Source of the DNA: Hyphochytrium catenoides
Lineage: Eukaryota; Protista; Hyphochytriomycota
Direction of reading: 5' to 3'
Length of the DNA stretch: 64,000 nucleotides
NCBI GenBank assembly: GCA_900088475.1
Contig: FLMG01000893.1
Location: 22,765-86,764 of the forward strand
Part shown: positions 23,909-37,160 of the stretch, piece after piece
Layout: each line of letters begins with the position of its first letter
How positions within the stretch are numbered: the first letter of the stretch is position 1
Notes under the pieces: model-generated
The model's database searches: none
Seen by the model: only the letters and a program-made list of their open reading frames with translations
What the model was told of the DNA's origin: nothing
Made by a program: the position numbers and the translations under genes

Positions 23909-25123
23909 AGGCTGGATAAAAGCTATTCTGACATGTACTATAGTGAAGCTGACTGTGCTCGAAGCCCTGTATCAGGGCACTCTTTGTCGTCCACCTCCTA
24001 ATCAGATGTCCGACTCCGCCACTCCAGTGTTGCATCCTAGTAACGCAATCGCTGCAATGCAGTGTGTTATACTAATTACTAAAGATCGTCTCCTCGCTTC
24101 CATCGTTGGTACAGTAACGGGGAGCTTGACTGCATCTATCACTTTGCGGTTCATCTTCTGGCATAGGCTACTTGCCACAAGGTGGTGTCATTTGCCGGCA
24201 AGAGGCTTGGCGTGTGAACTGCTACCAAGCCCTCCTGAATAGGGACTATGAGGCCCAGACCTTCTATTCTAGTCTGTGGAGGTGGAGTTATAACGAGGCA
24301 CAGGCACAATCGGCAACTGACACTTTCTCAGCAGGCTATCAACTTGGTTGACCACTGAGCGAGTCAGCAGTGTTGTATCCTTTATCGCTTGCTAGTGCAG
24401 ATGGTCACTGGGTTTGCTGTCGCTCAAGTGTGCATACGACCGTCCTTTCACTGTGTACTTCTTGCTACCGTAAGAAGTAACGAAGGCACTAAGCTAACAC
24501 AATGACAAACATGGTCAACATCTTGGCGCTTGACTGTTGAAGCTCTTGTGCTATCTGGACCAGATTAACACTTGCTAGCTGTGATAACAACAGAAGAGCT
24601 GCAGAGATAGATCGCTTGTTGCAGTGAGGATGAGTCGCGAGTCATCATCATCACACTGTCATTCATCCTCTTGGATGACTCAGTGGCCGTTAGAGGCTAC
24701 AAGCTAGATTGTTCCCGCCAAAAGAGCTGGAGTTGAAAGCTGACATCTCTTGAGGATGGACTCTGCTGCAGATCTCATCCATTTCTCGCTCTTGCCAATG
24801 CACCAGACTCTGCCCACATGCTTCAGATAGAGAAAGCCAGACGCCTGAGTGCTACTCTCCACTAAGTGTTAGACAGCAGTCTCAATACGGAACCTCCGTG
24901 GCTAAGGGACTAAGGACAGGTTACTCCTCACCCCCAGCGAGTTCCTCTTCTACTCCTTCGTTTGTACATTTGCTCTCTTTCCTTTCCCTGCGAGGACTCG
25001 GCCCTCAAGTGACAGGAATTAGAGCAGTGGCACTTTAAGAGTGGCTACTCATGGGTTGTGGAGCCTCATTAGCTCGTTAGATACGAAGCAGTCTCTACTC
25101 TCGTGAACATCACCTCGCCCCTC

Positions 25124-25780
25124 ATGATCGTGGAGATTTTAAACGAAGCTTGTCACCGTGAATGGTGCATCTTGGAGCTGCAAGGGATTCTAGAAGGCGT
25201 TCCTGAAGTACCAGACGGCATCGAGCTTGGTGATATTGAGTTTTTGAACGTGAGTACCATGAGACGGTATCAAAGGGGAAGGCAACGGGCTGCTGACAAC
25301 AAATAGACTCCCTCGGTGAACGTGAAAGGCACTTAAATCGTAGGGGAAGGCTCCTCACAATGCCTGTGTGCAGGGAAAGCCAGCATTGCGAATTGGATGC
25401 CATCTCCTTGAAGGCGCGGTTGTCACCTTGCCCAAGCCCCTTGCAGTTATCACTAAGCTTCCCGGTAGGGCTTATCCGACGAGCTAACAATTCTCGCGCG
25501 TCGCTTTTATCCCTCTGCCATGAGCATCTTCATCAGCCCGGTTACGTTGTTCCTAAATTTGTTCTGTATGCAGCAGTCTCTTTCATCATGAGCTTCAAAT
25601 TCGCTTGTTTATCAAGAAGTTGACAACCTTCACCATTACCTAGGAAAGCCACCAGAATCGGATGGGGCTGATGGTCTAACATCGTCCAAAGAGACTGTGA
25701 CGGCGTCGTACTCCATTGTCAGCATAGTAAAGAAGAAATTGCTCTTCAAAAGCAGACCCCGGCCAATAACTAGCCGTTAG
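25124..25780 (+). CDS. CTF8: Chromosome transmission fidelity protein 8 (Ctf18-RFC subunit); 3 exons
   Basis: EWCILELQG...LGDIEF|GKPALRIGCHLLEGAVVTLPKPLAVI...YSIVSIVKKKLLFKSRPRPI. Confidence 0.9.
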
Positions 25781-25947
25781 TAAGAGCCACGCACTGCCAA
25801 TCTGCGCATATTCGGAGAGCAAAACCTAGGAAGATATACTGTGGTGGCAGTGACAGATGCTGGTTTGCTAAGATGGACGACCTTGCTGAGAGACACCTCT
25901 TAGTGGGCTGCGATCCAGCTGCATGCAAGAGCACCAGCTACACTACG

Positions 25948-28386
25948 TCATTCTTCTCCTGTCTCCCAGTTGTGGTAGACATGCGATACATCGTCACTGT
26001 CCTCTAGCGCCTGTAAGGCAATGGGCGTAAGTGCTTTCGTGCCACCAAAAGGGATAGGGTAGGCAACTAAGCCGCACGTAATCTTACTTCAGTGAGGCGC
26101 TCTAACTTTTCAGCAACATCGCCCGCAACATTGATAGCTTCCTATGGGGGAGATATAGCGCACTTTTAGGATGAGATGTAGAGCTGCTGGATTAAAACAG
26201 CCAAATGCAAGATGTTGAGCCCCAAATCACAAGTGAATAACTGGTGGTCCATCACCTACAGGTTACTGGACAGAGAGGTAGCTATAGATAGTCGTCAAAC
26301 CTAGACCAGGCAGGGGCAAGCTACCGCCAACACAGCTTAATAAAAAGAGGAAACCACAGTCGGGTAAATCTTAGCGTAAGAAAGAAGCCCTGTCAAGCCC
26401 TGAAAGCTGCTAGCGCTTCGGGGTCGGGGTTTACCTTCGGCTGATAAAGTAACTGGAAAGTGGATGGAGGAAAGTTTGCGGCGGTCAGGTTGTCTCTAAC
26501 TGCTGCGAGTTCTGCTGGATCACATACGACATAGGCCCGTCCCTCCTTCACTTCTGCATCCTCAGCCCCTGCGTCAATCTGAATAGTAGAGAGACAGGTA
26601 AATTAAAAGCTGTATTTCAGAGCTTTTGTATAGGCAGGGCAGCAATATGCACAGTTTGGAAAGATCGTAATAGCAGAGCGCCAACATACTGCACTATGCC
26701 AGAGTCTCTTCCTGAGCTTACTTACCACTGCGTCTAGAACTGCGTCCTCGTCAGCGTCCTCAGGAAAGGGAACCTGTTGAACGCGGTACATAATCTCCAT
26801 CAGCACTCTGAGAGTCTTCGAGCTCAGAAAATAAAAAACAGTCCGGTAGCATGGGATTTTGCAGTGGTCCTCTTCAGCTCATGCCATAGCCATAATGCTT
26901 CCGGTTCTTCGGATCTTACCTCTAAATAGCCCTTCTTGTCAAACGCCCACATAACCGACCCGCTCGTTCCTAGCACGCCTCCATTGTCTGCAAATATTTT
27001 ACGCAGCACCGGAGCTGTCCTTTTTCTATTGTCTGTCAGGGCCTCTACCTGCATAAAGAGCAAATTAATGAGAAGGCGCTTCTACATACGACTAAGGCAC
27101 CAACTGGTAAATGACTTAAGCTGAGCCAGGCCCCATCCCCTTTTCAAGTCGTGAAGACGGAAGATGGAAGTGGCTAACCATAGGAGGAGCGTAGGGAGTC
27201 TTATGACGATCGATGGGCCTGATTAAGATAGAAGGGAAGGTAAAGTCCTAGGTCTACTTCACAGTTGGTTGGAAGTGAATAAGAAGAAAAAGAACAAAGA
27301 AGAGATCAGCACATATGGTAGGAGCTTACGATGAAGGATGCGGCGTGTGCAGTGCCCTCATAAACAACCGTCTCCATAATTACTCCTGATTGAGATATCA
27401 GGAAAATAGGTTAGCGGTGGGTGCTGTACCAAAAGGTCTTTGGCATTTCCCATTTGACAGTCTAAAGTCGTCCTCCCTCGCCAGTAAAGAGTGAGTGCTC
27501 ACGGGGTATGCGGCCTGTTAGCTTCCAGCTGTTAGCTGGAGGTGGTACAACAAGTCTTACCTTCCTTGCCTTCAACTCCTCTCTTAAGAGCCTGCTCTAT
27601 TAAATCTTTCGGTGCATTCACTGCTCGGGCTCGTTGCAGTACCGAAGAGAGCCTCTTTCCGGGAGGAAGAGGAAGGAAGAGAGGTGGGACCCAGGTAGAG
27701 CCAGGTTTGGAGATAGATACGAATAGAAGAGGCCAGCAGAGGGAAAGACATGAGGTTACTAGCTGCAGCGTATACTGGACATAGTGCCATCATCTCCTCA
27801 CCAAGTTGGTCGTGTCTCCCTTGCAGGCTGGGCAAAATGCAAAACGTCAGCATCAATCGCTTCATGTACTTCATGGGAAGGGAACTAGATCACTCATGTG
27901 AACTGAGTGTCAAGGCAACAGCGAATGATCGGGTGAAGCTTTAAAGGGACAGGATCAATGGCAGCCGCAGACAAGACAAGGTAGTGACTATTAAGGAACC
28001 CTGCCGAGAGGTAACAAGAGAGCCTTCATTCTTACCTCTAGCGGCAGCCTCGATCTGCTTCCCTAACTTGCTAAAGAGTTGTCTCTTCCTCTAGTGTTAT
28101 AAACCAGCAACGCAAGCAGACGTAGGGTACTTTAGCACCGATAGTTCAGAGATAGCAAAAATGTTGGCAGACAGAAGAACTGCTGCCACTACCAAAATAG
28201 ATCTCACAAAGTGCAGCCGAGACTTATGATTTGAGAAGAGGCGAGCGCATCTTGCTCTAAAAATAAAAAAAGAAAGGGCTCTACCTACATCTGCTGATGC
28301 TGCCTTCCGCCCTGCAACCTTCATTAGCCGGCCCATGGCCCGTGTCTGCGTCCAGTGAAGTGGTGGAGCTATATGGTTTGTAGAGC
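25948..28386 (-). CDS. TACO1: YebC/PmpR/TACO1-family protein, probably organelle-targeted; at least 10 exons; true start uncertain
   Basis: [11 protein letters not shown]...[70 protein letters not shown]; stop at 25948. Confidence 0.85.
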
Positions 28387-29391
28387 CTAGAGCACACAGG
28401 GGATATCAGAACGTTTAGCATGGCCCAAGCACGGACAACAAAGGAGCCAGGGAATAGCAGTCTCTACAATGGTACAGGTGGCCAGAAAAGACTAATGGAG
28501 GCTTAATGTTGCTGCGTTGTTCCTTAACTAATCAAGGTTGATAGAGGAGAGACAGTACTGTAGGAGACACCGTTAGGCAAAGAGCAAGGCTGAACTTGGT
28601 GACGGGTATGGTGAGGGTCAAAGAGATCGTTCAAGCAAAAGCCTACCCTTCTCTGGCATTCTCTCTCTGATCGCCCCGAGTCCCAGTAGAGCCGGAGCGC
28701 ATCTTGAGAGGGATGCAAATAAAAGAGATAGTTGCCTGTTACCAAGACTAGTTGCCACTAAGCAGGCCATGATTCGTGCCTTCCTCGAATCTTCGTTCCT
28801 CCAATTGACCTTCTACACTTTGAGCTGCGGTCCAGGATAGCCCATTAAAGGCCGCAGCTATGTGCACACCTTCAGGCCTCCAAATCAATGAGGCAAAAGT
28901 AAGTCTCCTACAGGCACCAACTGAAGCTGCCCTATCGGTAGAAAATCAGGTCCTCAGTGAGTTAATGATGCAGCCGCAGCAGCAGCAGCTGAAAGCTGGT
29001 GGGATCGATTGCTGATGATGTCAAGATGCTGATGATGAGAGACATGAGTCACCAGACCTCCCCTCGGCCTCGATGCCGCCAAAGGACAAACTTGCAGTTG
29101 CGCCAGAACCACATCATCTGCTGGGGGATCAGAACCGTCTTGAAGATCCTCATCATCTACACTGCTCGTGGGCTGGTCTCAATCCCAGTTATTACCAGGA
29201 GCCCGTTCCGCTCCGCCTTCCATACCCCTACTGGTGGCCATCAGCTTCATCACGTTGGAGACATAGACGAACGAGACGGCTTGGAAGTCAAAGTACCGAT
29301 GAGGAAGTTAACGAGAGCTTGTCTTCCTTGTGTTCCTTGGCGGAAAGCCTGGCGCCAGACTTACACTTTCAAGGCCAGGGATTTTTCATCA

Positions 29392-31646
29392 ATGGTCGGT
29401 GAAGCTGAGGCCCCTATCCCATCTAAAGACCATTGGGATAACTTTTCGGGAACGTATGAGAAGGAGCTTGCTGCCTCGGCCGCGCAGGTCTTTGATGCTC
29501 TGCTCCATGCGGTTGGCCCCCGACCAGCCCAGGTACTGTTTGCAGCTGAGGCCCTCTAGTCTATTTCGTTCTCTAGCTCGCCAATTTGGCCTTCAACTGT
29601 TGATTATGTCCAATCTATGGCTCTTCCTTTCTGTCCTCTCCACTTCCTTCTCCAATATGACTTACTGCCTAATCGCATTGGCCTCACACCTCCATCACAT
29701 AGTCCATCCTGGAGGTCGGTTGTGGTCCAGGTCCGTAGCAGTCCGGTCCGTCTATCGTCTCTTCGCGTCTTTGCACTATTCTCTCTGCGGCTTCGCCATG
29801 GGCGATTCAGTTTTTTTAGTATCTCGCTATTTCTAACAACTACGTTTGATCGCTATGATGCTAGGGTCGCACTTCAGAGTCCTAGAAGCGACATTGGGTC
29901 CTAGGACAAGGTCAGAACCACTATTCTACCCTCCAGTTTGTCACCCTTCTCAACCAAGGCCTATCTTGTTCCTTTCATTACCCTGTGATCTCCAACTCTC
30001 TGTGGGCTGCAGGTTTGTTGCGACAGACTTCTCTTCTGAGATGGTGAGGAGAGCTGAAGCCGAAGCGCGCAGCAGAACACGCTTTATGCGTAAGGCTGAA
30101 GACGAATTATCTGGCACTTCTCCGCAAAGTAAGGATGCTACAAACAGACAGAAATGTCCACAAACATCCTTTATCTCTTTACCTGATTCCAGTTCTAACT
30201 TGATATCCGTGTTACTGGGTTCGCGAGCAATTGACTCTCTTCTTCGTCTTTACTCAGCGTCAAACTCCTTCTGCCCTTTTCATTTTGCAAAGAATGCGTT
30301 GAAGAAATCTCCGTAAGGGTGGCCGACGCTCAAAACCTTCCCTTTGAGAGCTCTTCCTTTGACAGGTACATTCACTGTCATTGTCATCGTCTTCTCTTTT
30401 AGATATGGTTAGTCGTGTAGCCAGAGGATGCAGTCACAACTTTGCTTCTCCTCTTTCCTTTTTTTGTTCCGATCGTCTATGTACTCACCGCCCAAAATGC
30501 AGTTTGATATCAAATCTCTGTTTCAACTTCTTACCTCAGCCTCAGGAGGCGATAGCTGAGGCCTTCAGAGTTCTCAAACCTGGAGGTGTTATGGTGAGAC
30601 GAGAGAAACCGTGGTGTTCGGGCAGGTCATAGACGCTCAGCAGGGAAATGACATTAGAAGGGATCTTGGGGCAGGGATGGGGGCTGGAGACTGGGAGCTA
30701 AGCGTGCAATGTGCTCTGTAAAGTACGGCGAGAACAGACTAATGACGCTCAGACAGATAGAGAAAGTTGAAGGCGACTTACTCTGTCTCCCATAGGCGAT
30801 CTCGATATGGGGATCTCCTGCTAGAAGCCCATTCTTTTCTCTCTCCTTCAAAGTACGTCTCTAGCGGGGAGCTTGTAAGAATGGCTATCTGAGCTCAACC
30901 TCCTCAACTGTGATTGTAATGCGGCTGCGTTATCCGTCCATCTTAACCCCGCATCGTCCTTTACTTGTCTTTAGTATTTTTCTCCCAAAAGTCCATGGCG
31001 GCGTCCACTGATCTGCAACTATATTATGGCTTCGTTGGTCTTTGACAGCCTCTGCATCCGCTGGTCAGTGGCGCTTTGCACTAACTTTAGCAACTATCTT
31101 ATCCGTCTCGTGTCTGGCAGGCGACAGAAAAGTTAGGCCTCCCTCCTCTAAGACATCGGGTGGCTGGTCCTTCTCCTTTTGCTCTGGGCTCTAGTCCCGA
31201 AGAGCTTATTGACTCCTTGAAGCGGCATGGGTTCCAGCCAGTAGTCCACTGGAACTTCTCCATGGTCCTACCCATATTGGTAGGAAGTTGGCAGGACTCG
31301 GTTAATGCTTCTCTCATTCTTAGATGTTTCGTCTTCCAAGTACTTGAGGCCTTCTTGCCGCTTGTGATTACTATGCCAGAAGGCCTAATCCATTGAGTCC
31401 CTCGCATTCACCTTTCTTGTTCTTGCATGTCTTCCCTACCTCACCGCTATGCGACAGGAAGGAGAAGACTATGCTCAGCGCAGACTGAGGGTGCTTCAGG
31501 CTACGGATAGGGAGTATATATCGTCGCTTTCCTCCTCTTCTCTTTCTTTGTTCATAAGAGAGCTGGCCGCTAGTGCCAGGTCACTCCTCGATTCCGGTAG
31601 ACCCATAGGTATAGACGCCCTCTGCCTCATGGCCCGTAAACCGTAG
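29392..31646 (+). CDS. Class I SAM-dependent methyltransferase (Methyltransf_11-like), about 9 exons; start may lie further upstream in ORF 28999
   Basis: HWDNFSGTYE, SILEVGCGPG (motif I), FVATDFSSEMV, VADAQNLPFESSSFD, AEAFRVLKPGG, AISIWG. Confidence 0.85.
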
Positions 31647-31951
31647 TTGCTGTAACTAATCACCGTTGACCGACACGATTGCCATGTGTCTGCCCTGCCG
31701 CTGTGTCCTTCCCTAAGACTTCCAGACTCTTTAGAAAAGCGATGGGGTAAAAGCTGTTGCAGATTATAGTCTATGTGTTACGCATCCTTCAATCTGTTAA
31801 GGCATGTTACCTTATAAAAGCAATAAGCATAAATAGGTCTACCACTCTTCTAAGCTCTATACGTGGGAGAAGTCAAAATAGCACCAACCTCGAGCTGGAG
31901 CTTGGTCACAGGCGTTACCAGGTGCTGGCAAAGGATATGCTCAATGCATCT

Positions 31952-32925
31952 CTAGAAATCGCTATTTTCAAAGAAATGAACTGAAAGAGCGTCGAATCCC
32001 ACAAAAATCTCGCCCTGCCCGGAGACCCAAGTTTTGTACACTGCAGACTGTGCTTCTGGATGCATTGTACAAGAGCCATCCAGAAGGCTGAAGCGCCACC
32101 GATGCCAGGGACAAACAACTATGGGATCGCCGTTTTTGCCTAAATCCTCGATGTCACCAAGGTACAGCGGACCACCTAGTGAGGTAGAGTCAACGAGGAT
32201 GGCGCGACTTAGTCACGAAAGTACAGAGAATGCAGATCACCGCAAGACTAGCAAGCGCTAAGATTTCGGTAGGAGGATTGGGGTTGCCCAGGCTATGTGT
32301 GAGATGAGGGCAAGTAAGATGTCAGGTAGATGCAAGCTGGGGTGGCAGTACCTTGATGAGGGCAAGAAGCCTGGATGGCATAGACCTCTCCAGAATGTAG
32401 GTGGAGGGCGAGTTCAACGCCATTGACAGTCACCTTGAGCCCTGCGAGCGCTAGTGAGTGAACGATCTTGTTGACAAGGTAAATAGAGGTGCGTCCAACA
32501 ATAACTGTTGATGGCCCAAAGTAGTTGCGGACTTAACAAGTGATATTTGGATCGCGATGACTCTTGACCGTATCTGTCGCCTCACCAGCTTGCTTTGACT
32601 TTCTTTTCCTGCTCCCTTTCTCCGTTGCGCATAACCCAACAGGTCTGACGGTCCCTTCCTCAGGTTCGGCTGATTGGACTGATAGGTCAAAATCTAGGAC
32701 AACAAAGAATTAGAACACGTAACGGCATAGTAGGCTCTTTCAGCCAAGGCAACATCTGCTACTTTTAGGGTGCTTTAGTACCTTTGATATTAGCANNNNN
32801 NNNNNNNNNNNNNNNNNNNNNNNNNNNNNNNNNNNNNNNNNNNNNNNNNNNNNNNNNNNNNNNNNNNNNNNNNNNNAGCTCAAGACCCTGGCCCCAGAGA
32901 GCTCACAACCATATGCCTTGTCCAT
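31952..32925 (-). CDS. RFESD: Rieske [2Fe-2S] domain protein (RFESD-like); 5' part crosses N gap 32796-32876, start uncertain (32925 or 33180)
   Basis: Spliced VTVNGVELALHLHSGEVYAIQASCPHQG|GPLYLGDIEDLGKNGDPIVVCPWHRWRFSLLDG has the Rieske C-x-H and C-x-x-H boxes; not in the ORF track. Confidence 0.85.
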
Positions 32926-34941
32926 ACTAATAGCAGGTGGAGCAGTCAATGAGGACTGAAGAAGATGCCTCCGCTTTGTTGGAGTGTTGCGAGAGCGGTC
33001 GATTAGGGTTGTGGGAAGGGTGGAGGTTCGACGTAGCTGTGCAGCTCCTCGAGCGAAGGGCAATCGTGGCCCTGCTCCTTGCTTATGGAACTGACCATGT
33101 ATGCAGGCTTGACGTCTAAGGAGGGGCGTACGACCCTGGTCCTCTGATGGGGTGAGAGAGGTTGAGGAAGTGGGAGTCATTTTCCAAAATAGATTTGTTG
33201 CCTAAGACAACAAGGCCAGGTTCCCAGTCGGTCGGTTTGGGTTGGGTACAGTTGGCAATAAAGAAAGAAGACAGCCAAGTGGCGAGAGTAGATGATCTTG
33301 AAAAATTGGTGTCACTTTAACAGCACTTTCTTGATGGGAAGACTGATAATGGGTGCGGTGGCTACGATGGGGTTCATAACAATAACCCAGTTTACTTGGT
33401 GCTTTGTGGAGAGCGAACGGTTGAAAGGCGATGGTCAAACTCCTAGGTTGCGTTGTGGAGAGAAAAGCAATGAGTGCACTTACTACTTCGTCAGAGAGGG
33501 CAAGGTGGAAGGTCCCTCACTGTCTCACATTTCCGCGTAATAAGTCTGTTAACGTCAGGGTCATGGATCATCCCCGATCAGGGGCCCCGTTCCTTGGACA
33601 CAAAGAACAAGAGAAGAGAAGGAAAGGCGCCGTAGCTGCTTTTGCATCACATTTCCGCTGACCTGGGTAGAACGTAGAACTATCCAGTCTAACTACGGCC
33701 AGGCTGTAGTTCTCACTTCTTCTGTGATCCTACGTACGAATGAATGTCCCTGAACTCTGGCTGAAACAATCAGAAGGAACCTGGCCTTTACACCTTGTAA
33801 GCCTTATCTTCCATCAGAACCATCAGCGACCTGCTGTCCGTCACCTTCCCTTCAACTTGCAATTTCATACTTTTGAACTCTAACGGCTATCTAACGGTTA
33901 GATGACTGCCAGTGATGAGTCAGTGAAGTTGAGAGTTCTGTGTCTTTTGATGATGTTCACGATCGACGTTGAGATGATGGCCCTGTGCTGCTGCTGCTTC
34001 CTGGCTACGACTGTACAGTCACCAAGTGAGTCTCATAGCGCTGTTAGAGGAGAAACCCTTCGTCACCACCACTGAATGGTGGCACTTGATGACGCTGCCA
34101 AAGAAAGGATAAGGTAGAAGAAAAGAAAGGCGAAATAAGCCCTCAAATACTACGTTGAAGACAGCGGTGCTTGTTCCGACTTCCCCTCATTAGAAGATAA
34201 TGTGACTCTTGTTCCGACTCCCCCTCACTATTCGCAACAATCACAAAGCAGCAACAGGAGTGTTGTCAGCGGTGCAGATACGTCTTATGCTTTGCTACTG
34301 AGATTTTGAGGCATGGAGGCTGAGATCCGGGAACTAATGCGAAATGAAAATGAACACCTCAACAATACCTGGGCTCTCAAACGGCATCAACGACATTCTG
34401 CTTAGCCATATGCTATGTATGTACGAAAGATAGACTGGGAGAATTGGCCCCGAATGGGACGATGGCCCAGGGAGGAAGAGCGTCAGTTTGTTTATTATTA
34501 GATAATAGGGGCATCCAAGAGCTTAGGACAGAAACGGCCGCCTGCACCGAAGGCCGTGAGGAAACTACTTCGTCCAGAACAAAGAGCGTCGCCTACCTAG
34601 TCCCCCTGTACGAGTAAAGTGAGGCTTTGGCTAATACAGCGCTTAGAACGAGGGCTCGGCTTCTATGATATGAACAGAAAGCATCAAGGAAAGGGTCAGA
34701 GAAGCCTATTTAAGAAGAAGGTGCCCAAAATCGCATGTGGAGACACTACTTCTGGTGAACAAAGCTTCGCGTTGAGGGAGACGGTAGAGGAAGCTTCATT
34801 CGACAACGGCATTGAGGAAAGAGACTCAAAGGTGAAGGGTGAAGCCTCCTTTATCCACTACTAGTGTATTGGAACTATCTCTCTTTCACTACTAGCTGGG
34901 GTACGACCATGTAGTTGCCATTATGTTAGCGTTATCAGCTA

Positions 34942-37160
34942 TTACTTGATTTGAGGCATCGCCGCAAGGTCACGCGTCATATTCTTATGATGAGATTCAA
35001 GGGTTCCGCCGCCGATCTCAAGAAGCTTGGAATCTCTCCAGAGCCTCTCGACCTGATATTCTCCTACGTACCCGTAACCGCCCATCACTTGGATTGCCCT
35101 GTCAGCGACATTTTTGCCCATAGTCGTCGCCACCAGTTTGACACCGTCAGTGTCTAACCGATTTCCAGCCGTGTCTAACTTCATTCTGTTCGCTGTGTTA
35201 TAGGTATAGCACCGAGCAGCTAGATAGTCCGCGTATGACTCAGCAATATGACGCTGGATTTGTCCGAACCTGGGACCGATCGCAAAGAAGGTAAGAAGCA
35301 GAACACATCTCACTATTAAAGCAACGTGGGGAAAGACAAAAGCGGAAAGGGGAAGGAGCGCCGGGGATGATTTGCGCTATAAGGTGAGGAAACATTAATG
35401 GGTTACCTGTTCAAAGGCTCTCCGAATGCCACCCTGTCCTGGGCATATTTATTCATCCGCTCCACGCAGCGTCTGGCAAGACCCAGACTCATAGCCGCCA
35501 GGGCTACGCGTTCGATCTCGAGGTTCCTCATCATGCAGATAGTTGCACCTCCTTCCTGTCCTATCAAATTCTCTTTTGGGATCTCGCAGTCTTCGAAGAC
35601 CAGCTCAGCCGTCATTGAAGCGCGCATGCCACACTTATCCTAGAGTGCATAGGTGAAAGTTAGTAGCCGAGTTGACGTACAACCCTTGAAAAAGGGTGAG
35701 ATCGGTTGCGAAGGAATGACGAAAATAGGAGCTTTCAGTATGCCCCACCATAACTGTCGAAGGTAGACATCACGAGCAGAATACCTTGATTCTTTGTCCC
35801 AAATTGAAGCCCTTGGTTCCCTTCTCTACGAGAAACATAGAGATATCTTTTGAGTTCTTTCCACTGTTGCCGGTTCTTGCGTAGACAAGGAAGACGTCGC
35901 CTAGTTCCGTATCGGAGATCGCCCCGTTCGTAATCCACATTTTGGAGCCGTTTAGAATATATGAAGATCCAGAGGAAGAGAGCTTGGCTGACGTCTGCAG
36001 AAACTCGCGTTAGTACAAACCCCGTGAAGCCTTAGCGGCACAGATGGGTCAATCGGCAGGGCCCACAAACAGCAAGGAGCTGGGGTGCGGCAGTACACCG
36101 AACGAACAAAATTTCAGATAATCAAGACACAATATAAAGGAGCCTTGGAGCAGCAAGTATACCTTCATTCCGAGCACATCCGTGCCAGCCCCAGGCTCGC
36201 TCATGCACATGCCACCAATGGCAGCTCCCGAGCAGACATCTGGAAGGTACTTCTGCTTCTGCGCCTCACTGCCGTTACTGCAAAGGGAAACATGTCAGTT
36301 CAAGACTAATTCCGGCATTTCCACCATAGATGCAGGAGTATGAATAAGCAAAACGAGCTCGCTAGGCAAGCAGTAGCCTTACTTTAACAGCAGCAAGGCC
36401 GGAGATGAAGCAGTATAACTAACACCTACCGGGCGAGGTTGTTAACAAATAGCATGGAGTGTGCCAGGTAAGAAAGACAAAAGGCTGGATCAGCAGCGGA
36501 CAACTCCTCGTGAACCATGCAAGCAGCGGTGGCGTCCATGCCTGAACCGCCATACCTGTGCACACATAAAAGGGAGACAACCATGGAGGGTTAGAAGAGG
36601 AACGTCTCTGGGCGAGAACATGTTCATTCTCAAGATCGGTCTTACTCTGGATCGACTGTGATACCCAGAAGGCCTAGATCGCCTAGCTTTCTGAAGAGAT
36701 CAATGTTGAACTTCTCCTCCTTGTTATACTCTAGAGCCTATGTGGGCCAAGAAGGAGCGAGTCAGCATACGAAGATGAGAAAAGGGCTACCTTGACGTTG
36801 GTTATAGCCAGGCTTGCAGAAGAACGACAAAATTGGGGAACATGCTTTACTATACTGGCAGCTAAGCGCAGGGTTGGTAACCCCAGCGAATATCAGGAGA
36901 ACGAGCTAAATGCCACGAACCTGGGGGTCAACTTCCTTCTCCGAGAAGGAGCGCACCATCTCGCGGAGAGCTTCATGCTCGCTTGTGGGATTGAAGATAT
37001 CAAAAGACCGATACTCCGCATCGTCGCCGGTCGAAGATGATGAGAGAGGACTTGAAGAAGAGAAGGAGCGAATGAGCCTTCCTCTGTGCGAAACAGTAGG
37101 GCATCGTGGGCTGCGTGCCAGCGCTGGCTGCACCAGCCTGATGGCTCTCCGCGAGATCAT
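34942..37160 (-). CDS. IVD: Isovaleryl-CoA dehydrogenase (acyl-CoA dehydrogenase) with mitochondrial presequence; 7 exons
   Basis: Arg-rich presequence [10 protein letters not shown]; [72 protein letters not shown]. Confidence 0.9.

Noticed and set aside
34171-34230. Short direct repeat ttgttccgact(t)cccctca x2 (and a 15-bp duplication at 44010-44039)
   Set aside because: Ordinary slippage-size duplications with no further structure
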